DNA of 64,000 nucleotides from Amoebidium appalachense. Lineage: Eukaryota; Protista; Ichthyosporea. The position numbers and the translations under genes are program-made. Shown piece after piece: positions 1 to 28,413 of the stretch. The notes beneath the pieces are model-generated. The model searched no databases. It saw nothing but the letters and a program-made list of their open reading frames with translations, and had not been told where the DNA came from. The DNA is taken from the NCBI GenBank assembly GCA_963693365.1, contig CAVNZM010000001.1, forward strand, positions 17,417,840-17,481,839. Direction: 5' to 3'. Position 1 is the first letter of the stretch. The number at the start of each line of letters is the position of its first letter.

Positions 1-19
1 GTGGTGTGTGTGAGTGTGT

Positions 20-75
<56 letters not shown>

Positions 76-154
76 AGGGCGGGGAGAGAGGAGGATTATG
101 TGGAAGGGACGAGGGAGGAGGAGGGGGAGGGGGGGAGGGGGGGGGAGAGCCAAC

Positions 155-14679
<14,525 letters not shown>

Positions 14680-15571
14680 TTTCTGCCTGACCACCCGCCC
14701 GTCCCACAAGACGTCTTGTTAGATGAAGCGACAGACTGGGCGCTAGTGAAAAAGGCGTTAGTTCGAACACTATACATCTTTCGGGCAGTATAAGATAAAT
14801 TATGGGGATCATGAAGGCAAATACAAGAAAATGGGGATCAATGCCCACTGCACATACCCTATCTGCCGTTAGTGACAGCTTGCTAGAGTGCAGGCATAGC
14901 TGCACAGGCGAGTTCACAAAGGTACACACGGTAAACTACAATTATTCGCAATTAGCACTTCCATGAGTTGAAGGAGACGCCAGTGTGCTCTGCCTCAGGC
15001 GTGTGTTCACAAGCCAAAACCTGCAAACATTCAGGACGTAAGTGTGCACCCTGGGGAGTGCTATGTGCCCCATTCTTTACAACCACCCACCTTGTCTACG
15101 CGGACAGCCAGAAGACGTGTTTTTATAGCCCCTTATGTAACCCTCGCTCTGACCAACCACTGTAGGCTACCCTGGACCGTGCACAAAGATTCAGCAAATA
15201 ATGGCTTCCTGTTGACTCAGTTGAAGTGTTGAGGACTCAATGAGGAGGCGGTGCTTGCTTGTTGGCGAGCCGGGCCCGGTCCTGGTCCGGCCCGCCGTTC
15301 AGTCGCCCCGCCATATGCCACCAGCCCGGGCCCCTAGTTAGCCCGCTTTTTCGATCCAGTCCTACCATATATGGTGGACCTTGCGCCCTTATATGGGTAA
15401 GCCCGATCTTGAGATCCAATCAAATAGATTCAAAAAAATTACCTTTTTCGGATGCGAATCAGAAAAATGATCCAGAAACGGTTTGGGCCAACATCTTGCG
15501 TCCCCAGTAACCCGTGGGCCGCGAACTATTTTTACTGGCATTTGACTCAGAATGAATCAGAGCTAACCGTG

Positions 15572-15654
15572 GGGGGTTTACGCTGTTTACTCGAGGCAAA
15601 GAGAACCAGTCTCAGGTATGGGGGGGGGGGTTTTGCTCGGAATATCCCCTCAGC
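15572..15654. repeat. Dispersed repeat B (~80 bp), copy 1
   Basis: gggggtttacgctgtttactcgaggcaaagaga...gtctcaggtatggggg...ttttgctcggaatatcccctcagc is the reverse complement of 63596-63675 with few differences. Confidence 0.85.
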
Positions 15655-16219
15655 TAGCAGAAGTCCAACGGTTAACTTCCTCATGCCTTATTAGGCGACA
15701 TCAAAACACACAATAACCAGAAACACACTAACAACAGCAACAATAATGTACAGGGGATACATAGATTATATAATTTAAAATAAACTTCCATAAATTATTG
15801 ATTGTATTAAGTAACTTTTCACTGACATGACAATTGCTCAATAAATGCAACCTGTTAGCTAATGTATTAGAACCGGAGGTTATTGGCGGTTTTATTCTCT
15901 TTTCTTCATCTCTTCCTCAATATATCCGTTTTAAGATGACTATCCTAGATCACCTTATTAATGCTGCACAGTATGATATTGTGATCCGGTGCCTTAACTT
16001 TCTGTCGGAGCTACCGATGCTAGCATCTGCTTACCCATAATATGTAATAGGGGTGTCAGATCCTACGATGGCGCTCATTGTTGCCTAGCATGTACATATG
16101 TCACTGGCTGCATTTGATTGGCTGTGCTGGAAAACGCAGTAGGCCGTCGAATGTGGCTGGGCCTCCGGCAATGTCCACGCAATAAAAAGTGTGTAAACCC
16201 CTCCTATGAAAACCACAGA

Positions 16220-16576
16220 ATGGCCGACGACGAACAAACCAAGCACCCAACCAGCTGCAGCCACTGGCTGCGATTTATTTGGCAGCTGATGCAATCCGTG
16301 ATTCACGCCGGCCATGTGGATTACAACATTGACACACAGGCCGGCCGTTTTTACACGGCTGGCAACAGAAAAAATGTTGTGTTTCCGGTGCGCCAGCAAG
16401 CAACGTTGGCCTTAACAGACCAACGCCTTGCCTGGCCAATTCGCCCCAGCGGTGTACCAAGTGCCTCAATTATTCTGGCCCCGCCTGGTGCTCTACAGGC
16501 CGTGAGTTTTGACAGCGCAATGGGTGAGCCCATCGCCACATACATGGTGACAGTGGTACGTTTAATATTAACCCAC

Positions 16577-16636
<60 letters not shown>

Positions 16637-16677
16637 ACTACCGTTTCCGCGCCGCCCCCCCCCCCCCCCCCCCCCTC

Positions 16678-16714
<37 letters not shown>

Positions 16715-17399
16715 CACACTACCGTTTCCGCGCCTCCCCCCCCCTCCCCCCCCCCCCCCCCCCTTTCCCTTCCCCCTCTTTACACCCCCCCCCCCCCCTC
16801 CCCTCCCGCGCCCGGAATAGGAGGGGGTGTGGGGGAAGATATAGTTGGGGCCATTGGGGAATGGTAAATGCGGTGGGGATTTAAAAAAAGGTTACGGATC
16901 GTGTGTGTGTGTGTGCGTGCGTGCGTGTGTGTGTGTGTGTGTGTGTGTGGGGGGGGGGGGGGGTGGGTGGGTGGGTGGGTGGGTGGGTGTGTATGTGTGT
17001 GTGGGTGTGTCTGTGTGTATGTAAGAGAGTGTTTGTGTGTTAGTTTGGTTAAAGTGTGTGTCTGTGTGGGTGTGGGTGTGTGCGAGTGTGTGTGTGTGTG
17101 AGTGAATGTGTGTGTGTGTGTGTGTGTGTGTGATGTGTATACTATGTATGTGTGTGTGGGTGGGAATAGGAGGGGGTGTGGGGGAAGATATAGTTGGGGC
17201 CATTGGGGGAATGGTAAATGCGGTGGGGATATAAAAAAAGGGTACGGTTAGTGTGTGCGTGTGTGCGCGCGCGCGTGTGTGTATGTGTGTGTGGGTGTGT
17301 CTGTGTGTATGTAAGAGAGTGTGTGTGTGTTAGTTTGGTTAAACTGTGTGTCTGTGTGTGTGTGTGTGAGTGTGTGCCAGTGTGTGTGTGAGTGAGTGA

Positions 17400-17431
<32 letters not shown>

Positions 17432-17507
17432 ATGTATGTGTGTGTAGGTGAGTCTGTGTGTATGTAAGAGAGTGTGTGTGTTAGTTTGGTTACAGTGTGT
17501 GTCTGTG

Positions 17508-17558
<51 letters not shown>

Positions 17559-17957
17559 GTGGTTGTGTGTGTGTGTGTGTATGTGCATGTGTGTGTGTGT
17601 TTCCCCTCACCCTCTCCCCTTTGCTTTTTTCCCCCTTCTCTCTATACCCTTTCACCCACCTATCTGGCCTCACTATAATGTTCCCCCTCCCAACATTATT
17701 ACCGCCTTCCACACCTATACTCTACAACCCCCCCCCCCCCCCCTCCCGGCCACACAGAAAACTCACCCACATTATTCACCTTCATTTCCCCCCCCCCCTC
17801 CCCTCCCTCCCCCCTCTTTTGCCCCCACTACCAGTAGGGAAACAAAAGAAAACACACACACAAAAACAAATTCCCACACACACACACTCACACGTCACAC
17901 ACTCCCGAACACACACACACACACACACAATCATACACACACACACACTGTCACCAA

Positions 17958-18048
<91 letters not shown>

Positions 18049-18869
18049 CAGTAATCTGTTGTTAACCCCACCCCATTACTTATGCCCCAGTGCCCCACAA
18101 TTATATTTTCCCCCACATCCCTACCTTTTCAAGTTACTCCCTCCCCCCCCCCCCCCCCCCTCCCCACCCTTCATTACCTTTGCCATTCACTCCCACCCAC
18201 GCAACCCCCAAAACACAATCCTCCCCTACCTTCCCTTTATCACCAATCACTACAGGAAAATAGCCTGTACCAGGCAGTGGCTGCCAATTGGACGCAGATC
18301 ACCGAAGTTATCTCTGCCAACTTCGCCAACGGCAACTTCCTTGCCAATCCACCCGTCCCTGCAATCCCCCCTGCATTCAGTTACCCCATCATTACACCAT
18401 TGGCAGCCAACGACCAAGACGACTTCAAGAAGGCCACATTTCGCCTGGACCGCAACATGGAGGTTAAGGTCACTCTTCAGGGCGGGCAGACAGACATGAA
18501 CACCTTTCAAGATGTTTGCGGGTTCATGTCTGGGCTCACTAACTTCCGGAACCTACCAAATGTTGATATGGCCGTTCAGATTACCGGTATCCGGATGACA
18601 CGTATGTATATTGCTTAAACCATTCCCTACCCCACTCCCCCACATCCCCCCCCCCCCCCCCCCCCCCCCCCTCCCTGTACCCAATCTCTCACCCTTTTGC
18701 CCAACCCACCCTTTACCCACCCACATGTGTCCCACCCCCACCAATGCCCATCCCCCACCCCTTTCCCACGGACTCCCCCCCCCCCCCCCCCCCCCCCCCT
18801 CCCTGGTATCTGGTATAAAAATATAGTGAGAACTATAACTGTTATTAAAATCGACGCAGTGTACTGGGT
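16220..18869 (+). CDS. Hypothetical multi-exon protein, family not recognised; 3' end unresolved
   Basis: Two long unique-sequence open exons, 16220-16555 (112 aa) and 18256-18601 (115 aa), join in frame through a GT-AG intron. A probable third exon starts at 18827 ([14 protein letters not shown]). CCAAT-type motif (tttgattggc) at ~16113. Confidence 0.55.
16814..17500. repeat. Tandem duplication (~350-bp period) in intron
   Basis: ggaataggagggggtgtgggggaagatatagttggggccattggg...aatggtaaatgcggtggggat occurs at 16814 and 17163. The sub-motif tgtgtatgtaagagagtg...ttagtttggtta occurs three times. Confidence 0.85.
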
Positions 18870-19561
18870 TCAAATCATGTGCATTTGTTTTTTTTTGTTT
18901 TCTCTCTCTCTCTCCTCCCCCCCCCCCCTTCTCCCCCCCCTCTCTCTCGCTCTCTCTCTCTCTCCTCCCCCCTCCCCTTCTTCGCACCTGCCCCTCTTCC
19001 CCCTCCCCCCTCTCTCCCCTCCCCCCCCCCCCCCCCTCGACTCTTTCTCTGTCTCCCGTTCTCTATTTTTTTGAACGTCACTGAGGCTCTCTATCGGGCG
19101 ACGATGAGATTCTGAAGACCACTATATCTCTCAAATCCTTCTTCAGATTGTCTCTATCTACTACTGTCCTCCCCCTCCCCTCCTCCCCCCCCCGACACAC
19201 ACACACACCCGCGTGCGGGAGGGATGGAGGGAGGGGGGAGGGAGGGGGGGAGTAGGGCTGGACCGAAGTCCGGGGGGGGGGGGGAAGGGAGGGGCAGAAG
19301 AGGGAGGGGGAGAAGGGGGCGAAAGGGGGGGCGGGGCATGGGGGCTGGGGGGGGGGGGGGGGGGGGGGGGGTTGTAGGGGGGAGGGAGGGGACGGTGGAG
19401 CTGGGTACCGACTGTGTGTGGGCGAAAAAACTTGAAGCATAGCCTGTTGCCATGTGGTGCACGGGTGGTGGATGATGAGTGGCTGGTCCATCAGGATGGG
19501 TGGGTTTTGGGTGGATGTCGGGCCCGAGCACGAGTTTTTTCCCTGTCTATGTCGCTCTCAC

Positions 19562-19614
19562 CTTTTTCTGGCCAGGACGGAATTTTTTCGGAATTCCGTC
19601 CTGGCCAGAAAAAG
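19562..19614. repeat. Perfect 23-bp inverted repeat (hairpin)
   Basis: ctttttctggccaggacggaatt - ttttcgg - aattccgtcctggccagaaaaag. Confidence 0.85.
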
Positions 19615-19634
19615 ATGTGTGTGTGTGTCTGTGG

Positions 19635-19681
<47 letters not shown>

Positions 19682-20133
19682 TGTGTGTGTGTGTGTGTGT
19701 ATGTGTGTGTGTGTGTGCGCGCGCACGCGAGTGTTTTTTTGTGTTTTTGTTTTTTTGTTTTTTTCTTTTTTTCTTTTTTGGGGGGGGGGGGGGGGGGGGG
19801 GGGGGACGGACGGTAGAGGCTTCGTTTATATCATATTTTATTTAAAAGTGTCACCCATATGTGTTGTTGATGGCCGGGCACCCGTTCTGAGCTTTGAAGA
19901 CACACTGACCAGCAGGTGTCCACATGGCACGGCTCAATGTCAGCATGGTGAGAAGACTGTGCCAAAATATGTCTTGTGTGTTAAATCCACCCCAAAAACA
20001 TGAATGACCAGGACAGTTCGAATCCTTGTCTTGGCAAGATTTTGTCGTACTATATAGTAACTTAATATCAAGTTTTTAGCCTACTAGGGCCCATCGCACA
20101 GGCACACGTGCATGAAGCATGCATGCACATGAC

Positions 20134-21050
20134 TTAGAGGCTCCAGTTGATGACGGCACCCACGGCCACATAGCCGGTAGCAGCCTCGGCCTCGCGGATC
20201 TGGCGCATGGTGACCCCCATGAAGCACTCCTTGTCCTTGCCCTTGCAGGCACCCTCAATCGTGCCATCTGCAAGGAGGTTCTCCAGCAGAGCAACACTGG
20301 TGTTGAAGTAGTGCGCCTGGTCACGCACAATGCCGGCCGCAAGCATGCAGGTGCCGTGCTTCTCCCATTCGTGGCGCCAGAAGTAGTCCTGCCCACAGCC
20401 CTCTGTCTTGCAGGTAGGCCAGAACTGCAGGAACGGATGCACATGTCAGCTAAACGTGAGGCCCTTCGATACCAAAGGCACATCAACTGTAAATAACTTA
20501 GGCAGCTAACATATGTACTAGTAACCTGGACATACATAGGATGGTTGACTTGTCCCACTGGGAAGGGGGCTATTGAAGGCTGGAAGTACACGTACGTACG
20601 CAGGCACAGAGCTCAAGCTGCAGGCGTGCGGCTAAGTTGTGATAGTGGATGATTTACCTTCAGGAGCCGCTCATGCAAAGGAACAAGTGCCTCGGGCTTG
20701 TATGTCTCCACACCGTCCTGGCCGGGGCGAGCACACAGGCAAGGATAGCCGCCCATGGCGTAATCGGGCCACAGACCGTGCACGGTCCACTGGGATGTGG
20801 GCGTGCATTTGGACAGGGCAAACGTGTAGCTCATTTCGCTATTGGGGCCCATGCCGCACGTATGGCACCCAGCAAACTTCTTGGAGTCGCAGGCCATGGC
20901 CGTAGGGCAGCTGGTGGCATTCACACCAATGGGCGGCAGCAGGGTGGGTGCTGGCGCACTGGTGGGCAAAGAGAGGGCCGAGGGCAAATTTGAAAGGGAA
21001 ATGGCCCCACCAACACCAAGGCAGGCGAATGCAAGCGTGTTCATCGACAT
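20134..21050 (-). CDS. Secreted ribonuclease T2 family protein, paralogue 1 (227 aa, 2 exons)
   Basis: Exons 21050-20658 and 20424-20134, GT-AG phase 0. CAS I WTVHGLWP and CAS II FWRHEWEKHGTC are intact; hydrophobic N-terminus. Confidence 0.92.
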
Positions 21051-21180
21051 TTTCTTTCGAGTTAGATACAGAATTGAGTCTGTTGATTATTAGTTGCTAC
21101 CGTTCGGCACGCGCAACGCTTTGAAACTTATTACTGTGTGGCTTGCGGCTTTGGCGTCTTAGTTGTTTCTGGGCTCTCTG

Positions 21181-21257
21181 TTTATATACCAGCCGGCAAA
21201 TGGCAGGCTGTGTTTGATTGGCTTATAAATAATGATAACAACTGGTCCGATTGGATG
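21181..21257 (-). promoter_or_regulatory. Putative promoter of RNase T2 paralogue 1 (two CCAAT boxes and a TATA box)
   Basis: On the minus strand, ccaatc x2 followed by gtatataaa. The same arrangement is conserved upstream of paralogue 2. Confidence 0.5.
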
Positions 21258-21940
21258 ATCCGGAAAAGTAATAAATTAATAATTTATATAATATCCAGTC
21301 AATGGATCCCCCGAAACCCCCCATTGGGTCATTGTGGCGCGGTGATGTAACTGCGCATGCGGTCTTTAGAGTCTCAGACTCTTGCATCATATGTGTGCAT
21401 GTAGCTAGTCAGAGGCAAAAAAAATTGATTGTTTTTTGTTTTGAAGGTGGTCAACACGGCTCAGTTTTCTTTCCAAACACAACTTTCTTTCAACACTTCC
21501 TCTCCGCTGCGGATCACAGGATCGATGAATATGGTAAATTATACGTTAGGCGGGGGCTCTTACAGCTCTTACACATGGCCTCTGGGCCAGGCTCTGGCGG
21601 CCTTCCAGGATTATTTGACTCAACGTCCTTTCAGATCTAGCTTTTTAAAAAACATATTTCAGGCTGATATGTATTTGTAACCGCAATGTTTTTGAGTTAA
21701 CACCAGGTAGGGCCTAGGTTCCAAGTACTGATTTTTGAACTTTAAAGTATATACTGGAAAATCAGAAACACCGCCTGCTCGTAGGAGTTTTTAGGGATCC
21801 AAGTAATTTTGCTGCACCAATCAAACTGAGAAATAGATTTTCTCTAATTTCTGATAGGTGGATACTCTTGAGATCGATCATTCGAATAGATCTTTGAAGT
21901 TCGAACTTCGAAGTTCCGGGTCGAACATCTGCTCCAAGAT

Positions 21941-21986
<46 letters not shown>

Positions 21987-22196
21987 AGGGGGGAAAAAAA
22001 AAAAAAAAAAAAAAAAAAAAAGAAAAGAAATGAAAAAAAACGTATTTGCATCATTTATGTACTGTACATCAATACGCTGATAACTCTTTCTCTCTGTTTT
22101 TCGTTCCAACTATTTAGTGGCTTTGTATGCACACTGGCACTCACTGGACCATATGGCCGGGGCCTTCGAATATAGTGTGTGTATGTGTGTGTGTGT

Positions 22197-22232
<36 letters not shown>

Positions 22233-23630
22233 TGCAATAAGTGTACGGTGCAGTACGGTGGTGTGTCGGTTGTCTGCGTGTGTACTAAAGCGTGATGTAG
22301 GGATCTATACCCCCCTCCCCCCCCCCCCCCCCCCCCCCTAACCCCACCCACACACGCACCCAGGCCACTGCCTGCGGACCCTTTCCCTGAATATGTGCCC
22401 CGCTCAAATGCACGCACTTACGAATGATGATATATAGACTGTAGTAGCACATTATTGCCACAGCCTGGATTCCAATGTAGCTTTGGGTGCATATATACAG
22501 TAGCGGCTAATTCATTCTTCTGATCGTCCCCGGCGCTATGTGGTATGCAAATCGATTTTGTGTCTTGCTACCCCATAGCGGGTCCCCCTCTTCTCAAAGT
22601 TTGCGTCTCTTTCTGCCACACTCCACCGGCGGCTGGTGCTGGCCTTCCCATCACCGCCTACTTTACCTACTAGTAAAGGATAGAGCCCCGACCCTTTCAG
22701 TCAGGCGGGCGGCCCGTGGGGGCAAGCGAAGAAGAGAAGATTCTCAGAAGAACTGGGCAACAGGAACTACATAACACTGTGTGTCTGGCAAACACGTTTG
22801 TACAAAACACAATGTGCACACATCAGACCTAGAGCCACCCACCTTTTCCACCCCGGTTGGTTTTGAAGCACTCGAAGCAAGAGGAAGAGACATCCTGGGA
22901 GCTGGGAGACGGTATTACATTGTAAATGTGCGCTTGTTTTAGAATGACTGAAGAAGGAAGAAGTGGCTGTGAAAGCTGGCTGCCAGCTGCAACATTCACG
23001 TGCACATGATGATCTATTCTTGCGTGGCAAAACACCTTCTGATTGGTTAACATGAAACTGCAAATAAAACTTGTTAACCAATAGAAAGTCATAACCCTTA
23101 GAACGGGCATTCTTGAATTTCAGTTATTTGATTCGAGTGCATCATGGGCACCCCGCCGCACTGCCAGCTACTGCCACGCCCGCCGTCACGAACACTATTA
23201 TTTAGTGCTATAGCCTAGGGAGAGCCCCGGAGTGGAAGTGCTGTTTGTTATCGAGGTAAATGTGAGGCATAAATCACGTTTTGACACCATTAAAACAGTA
23301 TTTTCACCTAAATATAAGAAGGCACTGGCCCGTTCCCGTGGCCCGTTTTGCCGGTGGCCACCTAGTGATAAGGTGGCGCACATTGCTCCATAGATCGTCC
23401 CTGCTGCTTGGCCAACTTCGCATCATTCTGACGTCATACTAAGTTGATTACAGGGCCACTGCAGCCACGTCAAAGCGGCCAGATACGAGCCACCATTTCA
23501 TTTTTCTGAGTTAGCGCGGCTGTGTTTCGCTTTCAACATCAAACCATCCTAATCACCCATCTCAAACCCATCACAATTGTTGTGTAGGCTTCAAAGAGAC
23601 TGTTTTTGGGTGCTCACAACTTGAGTAAGA

Positions 23631-24424
23631 ATGGGGCGAGAGGCAAGGAGGAAGAATGAGGAGCGAAGCCGTTCAGGTGCGTGGAGACGTGCCCAAGGGG
23701 AAAACACGTATTTGCTTGTGTGTGCAGGGAGAGAGGTTGGTGCCTGTGTGCTAATGTGTGTATGTGAGATAACACGTGTGCCTTTCGCGCGGCCTTTTGC
23801 GTATGAAGTTATTTGTGTGTGGGTGCACTCGTGCCTACGTGGTTGTACGCGTGCGTGATTGTGCACGCATGTCTGTGCGATCACCCATCAGTTTTCTGAA
23901 GAAATAGGTTGTGTTACTGAGAGGGCCTTGGAGTGGGAGTGAGGAAAGAAGGGAGTGAGACAGGGAGAAGAGAGAAAGAGACTAAGACAGAGAGAGAGGG
24001 AGAGGGAGATACAACGAGAGATACAGAGAGGCAGGGGGGGGGGGGGGGAGAGGGAGAGGTAGAGAGGGAGTGAAGGAGGGAGGGAGGGGAGATGGAGAAA
24101 GGACACGGAGGGGGGAACGTGAGAGAGAAGGAGAGAGAGAAATGGAAAGAGATCAGAGAAAGAGGGGAGGGGGGGGCAAGGGGGAAAAGGGAGAGAGAGA
24201 AGGGGGGGGGGGGGGGGGGGGGGGGAGGAGGGGGGGGAGAGAGGGAGGGAGGGGGGAGTGGAAGAGAGGGGTCTGGGGGGACGGGAGGGAGGGGGGAAGA
24301 GAGAGCGTGTGAGAGAGTAAGAGAGCGAGCGTGTGAGAGTGACACACACACACGCGCGCGCACAAGCGCGCATGCGCACGCACACAGACACACACACAAA
24401 CATACGCACACACACGCACGCACG

Positions 24425-24455
<31 letters not shown>

Positions 24456-24584
24456 GGAGGGAGAGAGAGGGAGGGAGAGGGAGAGATATAGAGATAGAGG
24501 GAGAGAGAGAGAGAGAGAGATAAGGAGATAGGGAGGGAGAGAGATAGAGAGATATGTATGTATATGTATATGTATGTATGTATG

Positions 24585-24655
<71 letters not shown>

Positions 24656-24825
24656 AATAGAGAGAGCGAGAGGGACAGAGAGAGAGGAGAAAGATGGGAT
24701 GGAAGAGAGAGGGAGAGAATGGGAGAGGGAGATATAGAGAGGGAGAGGGAGTGAGGAAGATGGAGTTAGATAGAAGGGAGAGAGTGTGCGTCTGAGAGAG
24801 AGGGCAGAAGGAGCAAGGTGTGTTT

Positions 24826-24883
<58 letters not shown>

Positions 24884-25283
24884 TAGAGAGAGGGGGGAAG
24901 GGGAGAGAGAGTGACATACACACACAAACACACAGGCACACACACACAATTCACACTAAGACTTACACGACATGCACGCGCACACAGACACATCCTCACC
25001 ACTTTTCCTCCTCTTTTCACACGCTTATTTTTCGCCCCTCTGTTTGTTTGTTCAACTGCTGACCCGAATCGTTCGTGTGGGCTATGCAGGGAGAGCCCAG
25101 CGAAAGAAGGGAGATAGAGTAAGTTAACACAACACAGACGTTTGTTTGTTGAGTGTGGGTGCGTGTGTATTTTTCTATTTATGTGTCCTGGTGTGTATGG
25201 TTAGGTTTCCTAAAACAAGCGCGCACACACCAATGAATTATTGCACCGCGTTAAGCTAAATCCACACGAAGAATTATGCAGCA

Positions 25284-25331
<48 letters not shown>

Positions 25332-25975
25332 TTGGGGGGGGGGGGGGGGGAGGGGGGAGGGGGCTGCGGCCCGGGAGAGGTAGGCCAGAAGATGCATAAA
25401 TGATTCATGAAACCTGTCTTAGGCTACCTAAGGCCCTTGCCTAGTTAGGTGCCATTTTCATACAACGTTGGCTGTGCAGACTATCTGCCACATATCCCAT
25501 CATTTTCCACACAATGCCGTAAACCTCACTGTTTTCCACAAAAGAGGTATTATACGTGCACAAAAGATACATCATGTTGCACGAAATCTGTTATGTCACA
25601 CCAAATTCATAGAATAGACGTATATCTTATTATTTTTTCATACATGAACCGCTTTTCACTACTTTCCATACATGCCCCATTTCTCACTGTTTTCCATACA
25701 TGCCTCATATTTCGCTATTTTCCATACATGCCGCATATCTCACATATCTCACCAATTTTCGTGCATTAGAGGTGTATCTCACCCCTATTCTCCCCCCAGT
25801 ATGATCTGAGCAGAGATGAGGCCAGTAAGTTCAGCAGTCAACTGCAGCCCCTGGGTCTCCGCCTGAAAGAGGTCTTGGGGGATGGCAATTGCCTTTTTAG
25901 GTGAATCTCCCCCCCTCCCCTCCTCCAATATCCCCCCTCCTCGATCACCCCCCCTCCCCCCCCCCCCCCCCCAAA

Positions 25976-26009
<34 letters not shown>

Positions 26010-26169
26010 CAAAGAAAAAGAAAAAGAAAAAAGACATCCATGCCCCTTCCTGGCCTTTATACTGACCACTGCCACTGCTGCTACTATATGCCCCGTGTCT
26101 ACTTGCCCACCCTTTTGCCTCGAACCATTTGCTATTAGGAAGACCCCCCCCCCCCCCCCCCCCCCCCCT

Positions 26170-26244
<75 letters not shown>

Positions 26245-26257
26245 CCCACCCTTCCTT

Positions 26258-26300
<43 letters not shown>

Positions 26301-28377
26301 AAAAAAAAAAAAAAAGGCAGCACAAGGACACACACGCGAAGAAAAGAATTCCTATCAACCGACAGCTAGTCGGCTCAGCTAATAATATAACCTTTCTTGT
26401 AGTTACCCCCCCCCCCCCCCCCTCCCCCACCACCACCACCCCCCCACCACCCCCCCGCCCCTCCCCCCTCCCCCCAACACACACACGATCACACAAAAAC
26501 TTCCTCCCCCTCCACCCTTCCCTCCCTCCCTCTAACTCAAATATCCGCCCACTCCACAGGGCATTTGCCGATCAAATCGAAGGTGCGGCTTGACATTGTT
26601 TATAGTTTATCCCCTTGCAGACGCCCCATTCCTCCACCCCCCCCACCCCAAACACACACACACAAACACACTGCTTCCACTACCACACGTACCCGCTGCA
26701 CCCATGCACCTATCCACACACGCAGGCATGCACACGCACACACACTCATTCACACACACACACACACACAACACATCACGTCTGCAACAACGAAGACTGA
26801 ATTGAAAATGGGAAAAAAGCTTAGAAAGCTGAAGGGCCAAGGGTAGGAAAAGCGTGAGCCATGCATGATACGGGGCAGTAAAACCGGAATAAGTGGTGAA
26901 GGCTACCGAGTATTAATTTTCCTTTATTTCCACCATTAATAAACTTTATATGCTACTCTCTTATTTTTGTTTTCATTATGCCACCGCCGTGTTCTCTATC
27001 CGGGTTTGTTCACTTTGCATTTGTTATACCGTGGCTGTTTTTATGCTGGGTTGGCTTAATCCTAGCATTGTCAGAGGCTAGATGGTTGTGGTTGTGGTTG
27101 TGGTTGTGGTGTGTGTGTGTCTGTGTATGTGTGTGTGCGTGTGTGCGTGCGTGTGCGTGTGTGTGTGTGTGGTGGGGGGGAAGGGGGGGTGGGGGGGGGG
27201 GGGGGAGGAGGGAGGAGGGGTATTCAAAGGATTAGGGCAAAAGGGGGTGCGGGTGAGAGGGGGGTTGGGGGGGGGGGGGGGGGATGGAAGTGGCATCAAT
27301 ATAGATGAAATTCCTTAATTTTTCTGATTGGACGGGCAGGTGATGAGGAGCAACATGCGGTGTACCGGCGGAAGGTCGTGGAATACATGAAGGCACACAG
27401 GGCGGACTTTGAGCCCTTTGTGGAGGATGACGTGTAGGTGCGCCCTCGGACTCTTCATTTTGTCTGTGTGATATTAAGATGTAACATAGGGCTCACTTGC
27501 TGTTTGTTGTACGAATCAAAATTTGTGTACCGGGTAATATTTTTATTTCTCCCCCCTCCCCCCCCCCCTCCCCCCCCCCCCCCCCCCCCCCAGCACACAA
27601 ACACATGCACACCCACCCACCCACCCTCGCTACCCACACCCCTCCTACCCCCTTCTCCTCCACCTTCCCGCCATGCCACAAACCTATTCTTTAGTGATCT
27701 GGAAGAAGGAGGAGGGGGGTGGACTGATGGGGGGGGGGGAAGGGGGGAACAATGTTTACGTGAAGTGCTTTATTAGCAGAATGTACTTTTTAAAGGAGAA
27801 AGTTGGGGGTGGAGGGGGGAGTGAGGGCTGGCAGCAGGATAACTCAACCCCTATCTCTGAGCAAATAGCAGGGTCCAGAACGTGTGCAGTGGTCAGTTGC
27901 GGTGGGGAGGAGGGGGAGGAGGGCCGGGTGTGTGTGTGTGTAGGGGGGGGGGGGGGGGGGGGGAGACGTGATCGAGGCAGTGGTTGGGTTTATGCAGAAC
28001 CGGGTTGGTAAGTGGGTGGCGAGGGGAGGGGAGGGGGGAAAGGTGGTGGGTGGTAACGGGTTGAAAGAGGGAGACAGAGTTGAATAGTTTATGAACGGTG
28101 CACACACTCTTGAGGAAGTACAGTGTTTGCTTCGTTCATTGAGTGCAATGATTTGGATAGGGATGGAAAAGAAGGGTGGGAGCAGGTCAGGTGGAGGGGA
28201 GAAATAGGGTTAGGAGAAGGGTAGAAAGGAGGGAGGAGAGGTGTATGCACACACGTGGTGCTATTGGCTGCAGGCCCTTCGACAAGCACATTAGTGACCT
28301 TGCTGAGGATGGCACCTTTGGAGGCAACGACAGCATCGTGGCTTTTGCACGTCTCATGGGGGTATGTCTTGTATAAA

Positions 28378-28413
<36 letters not shown>

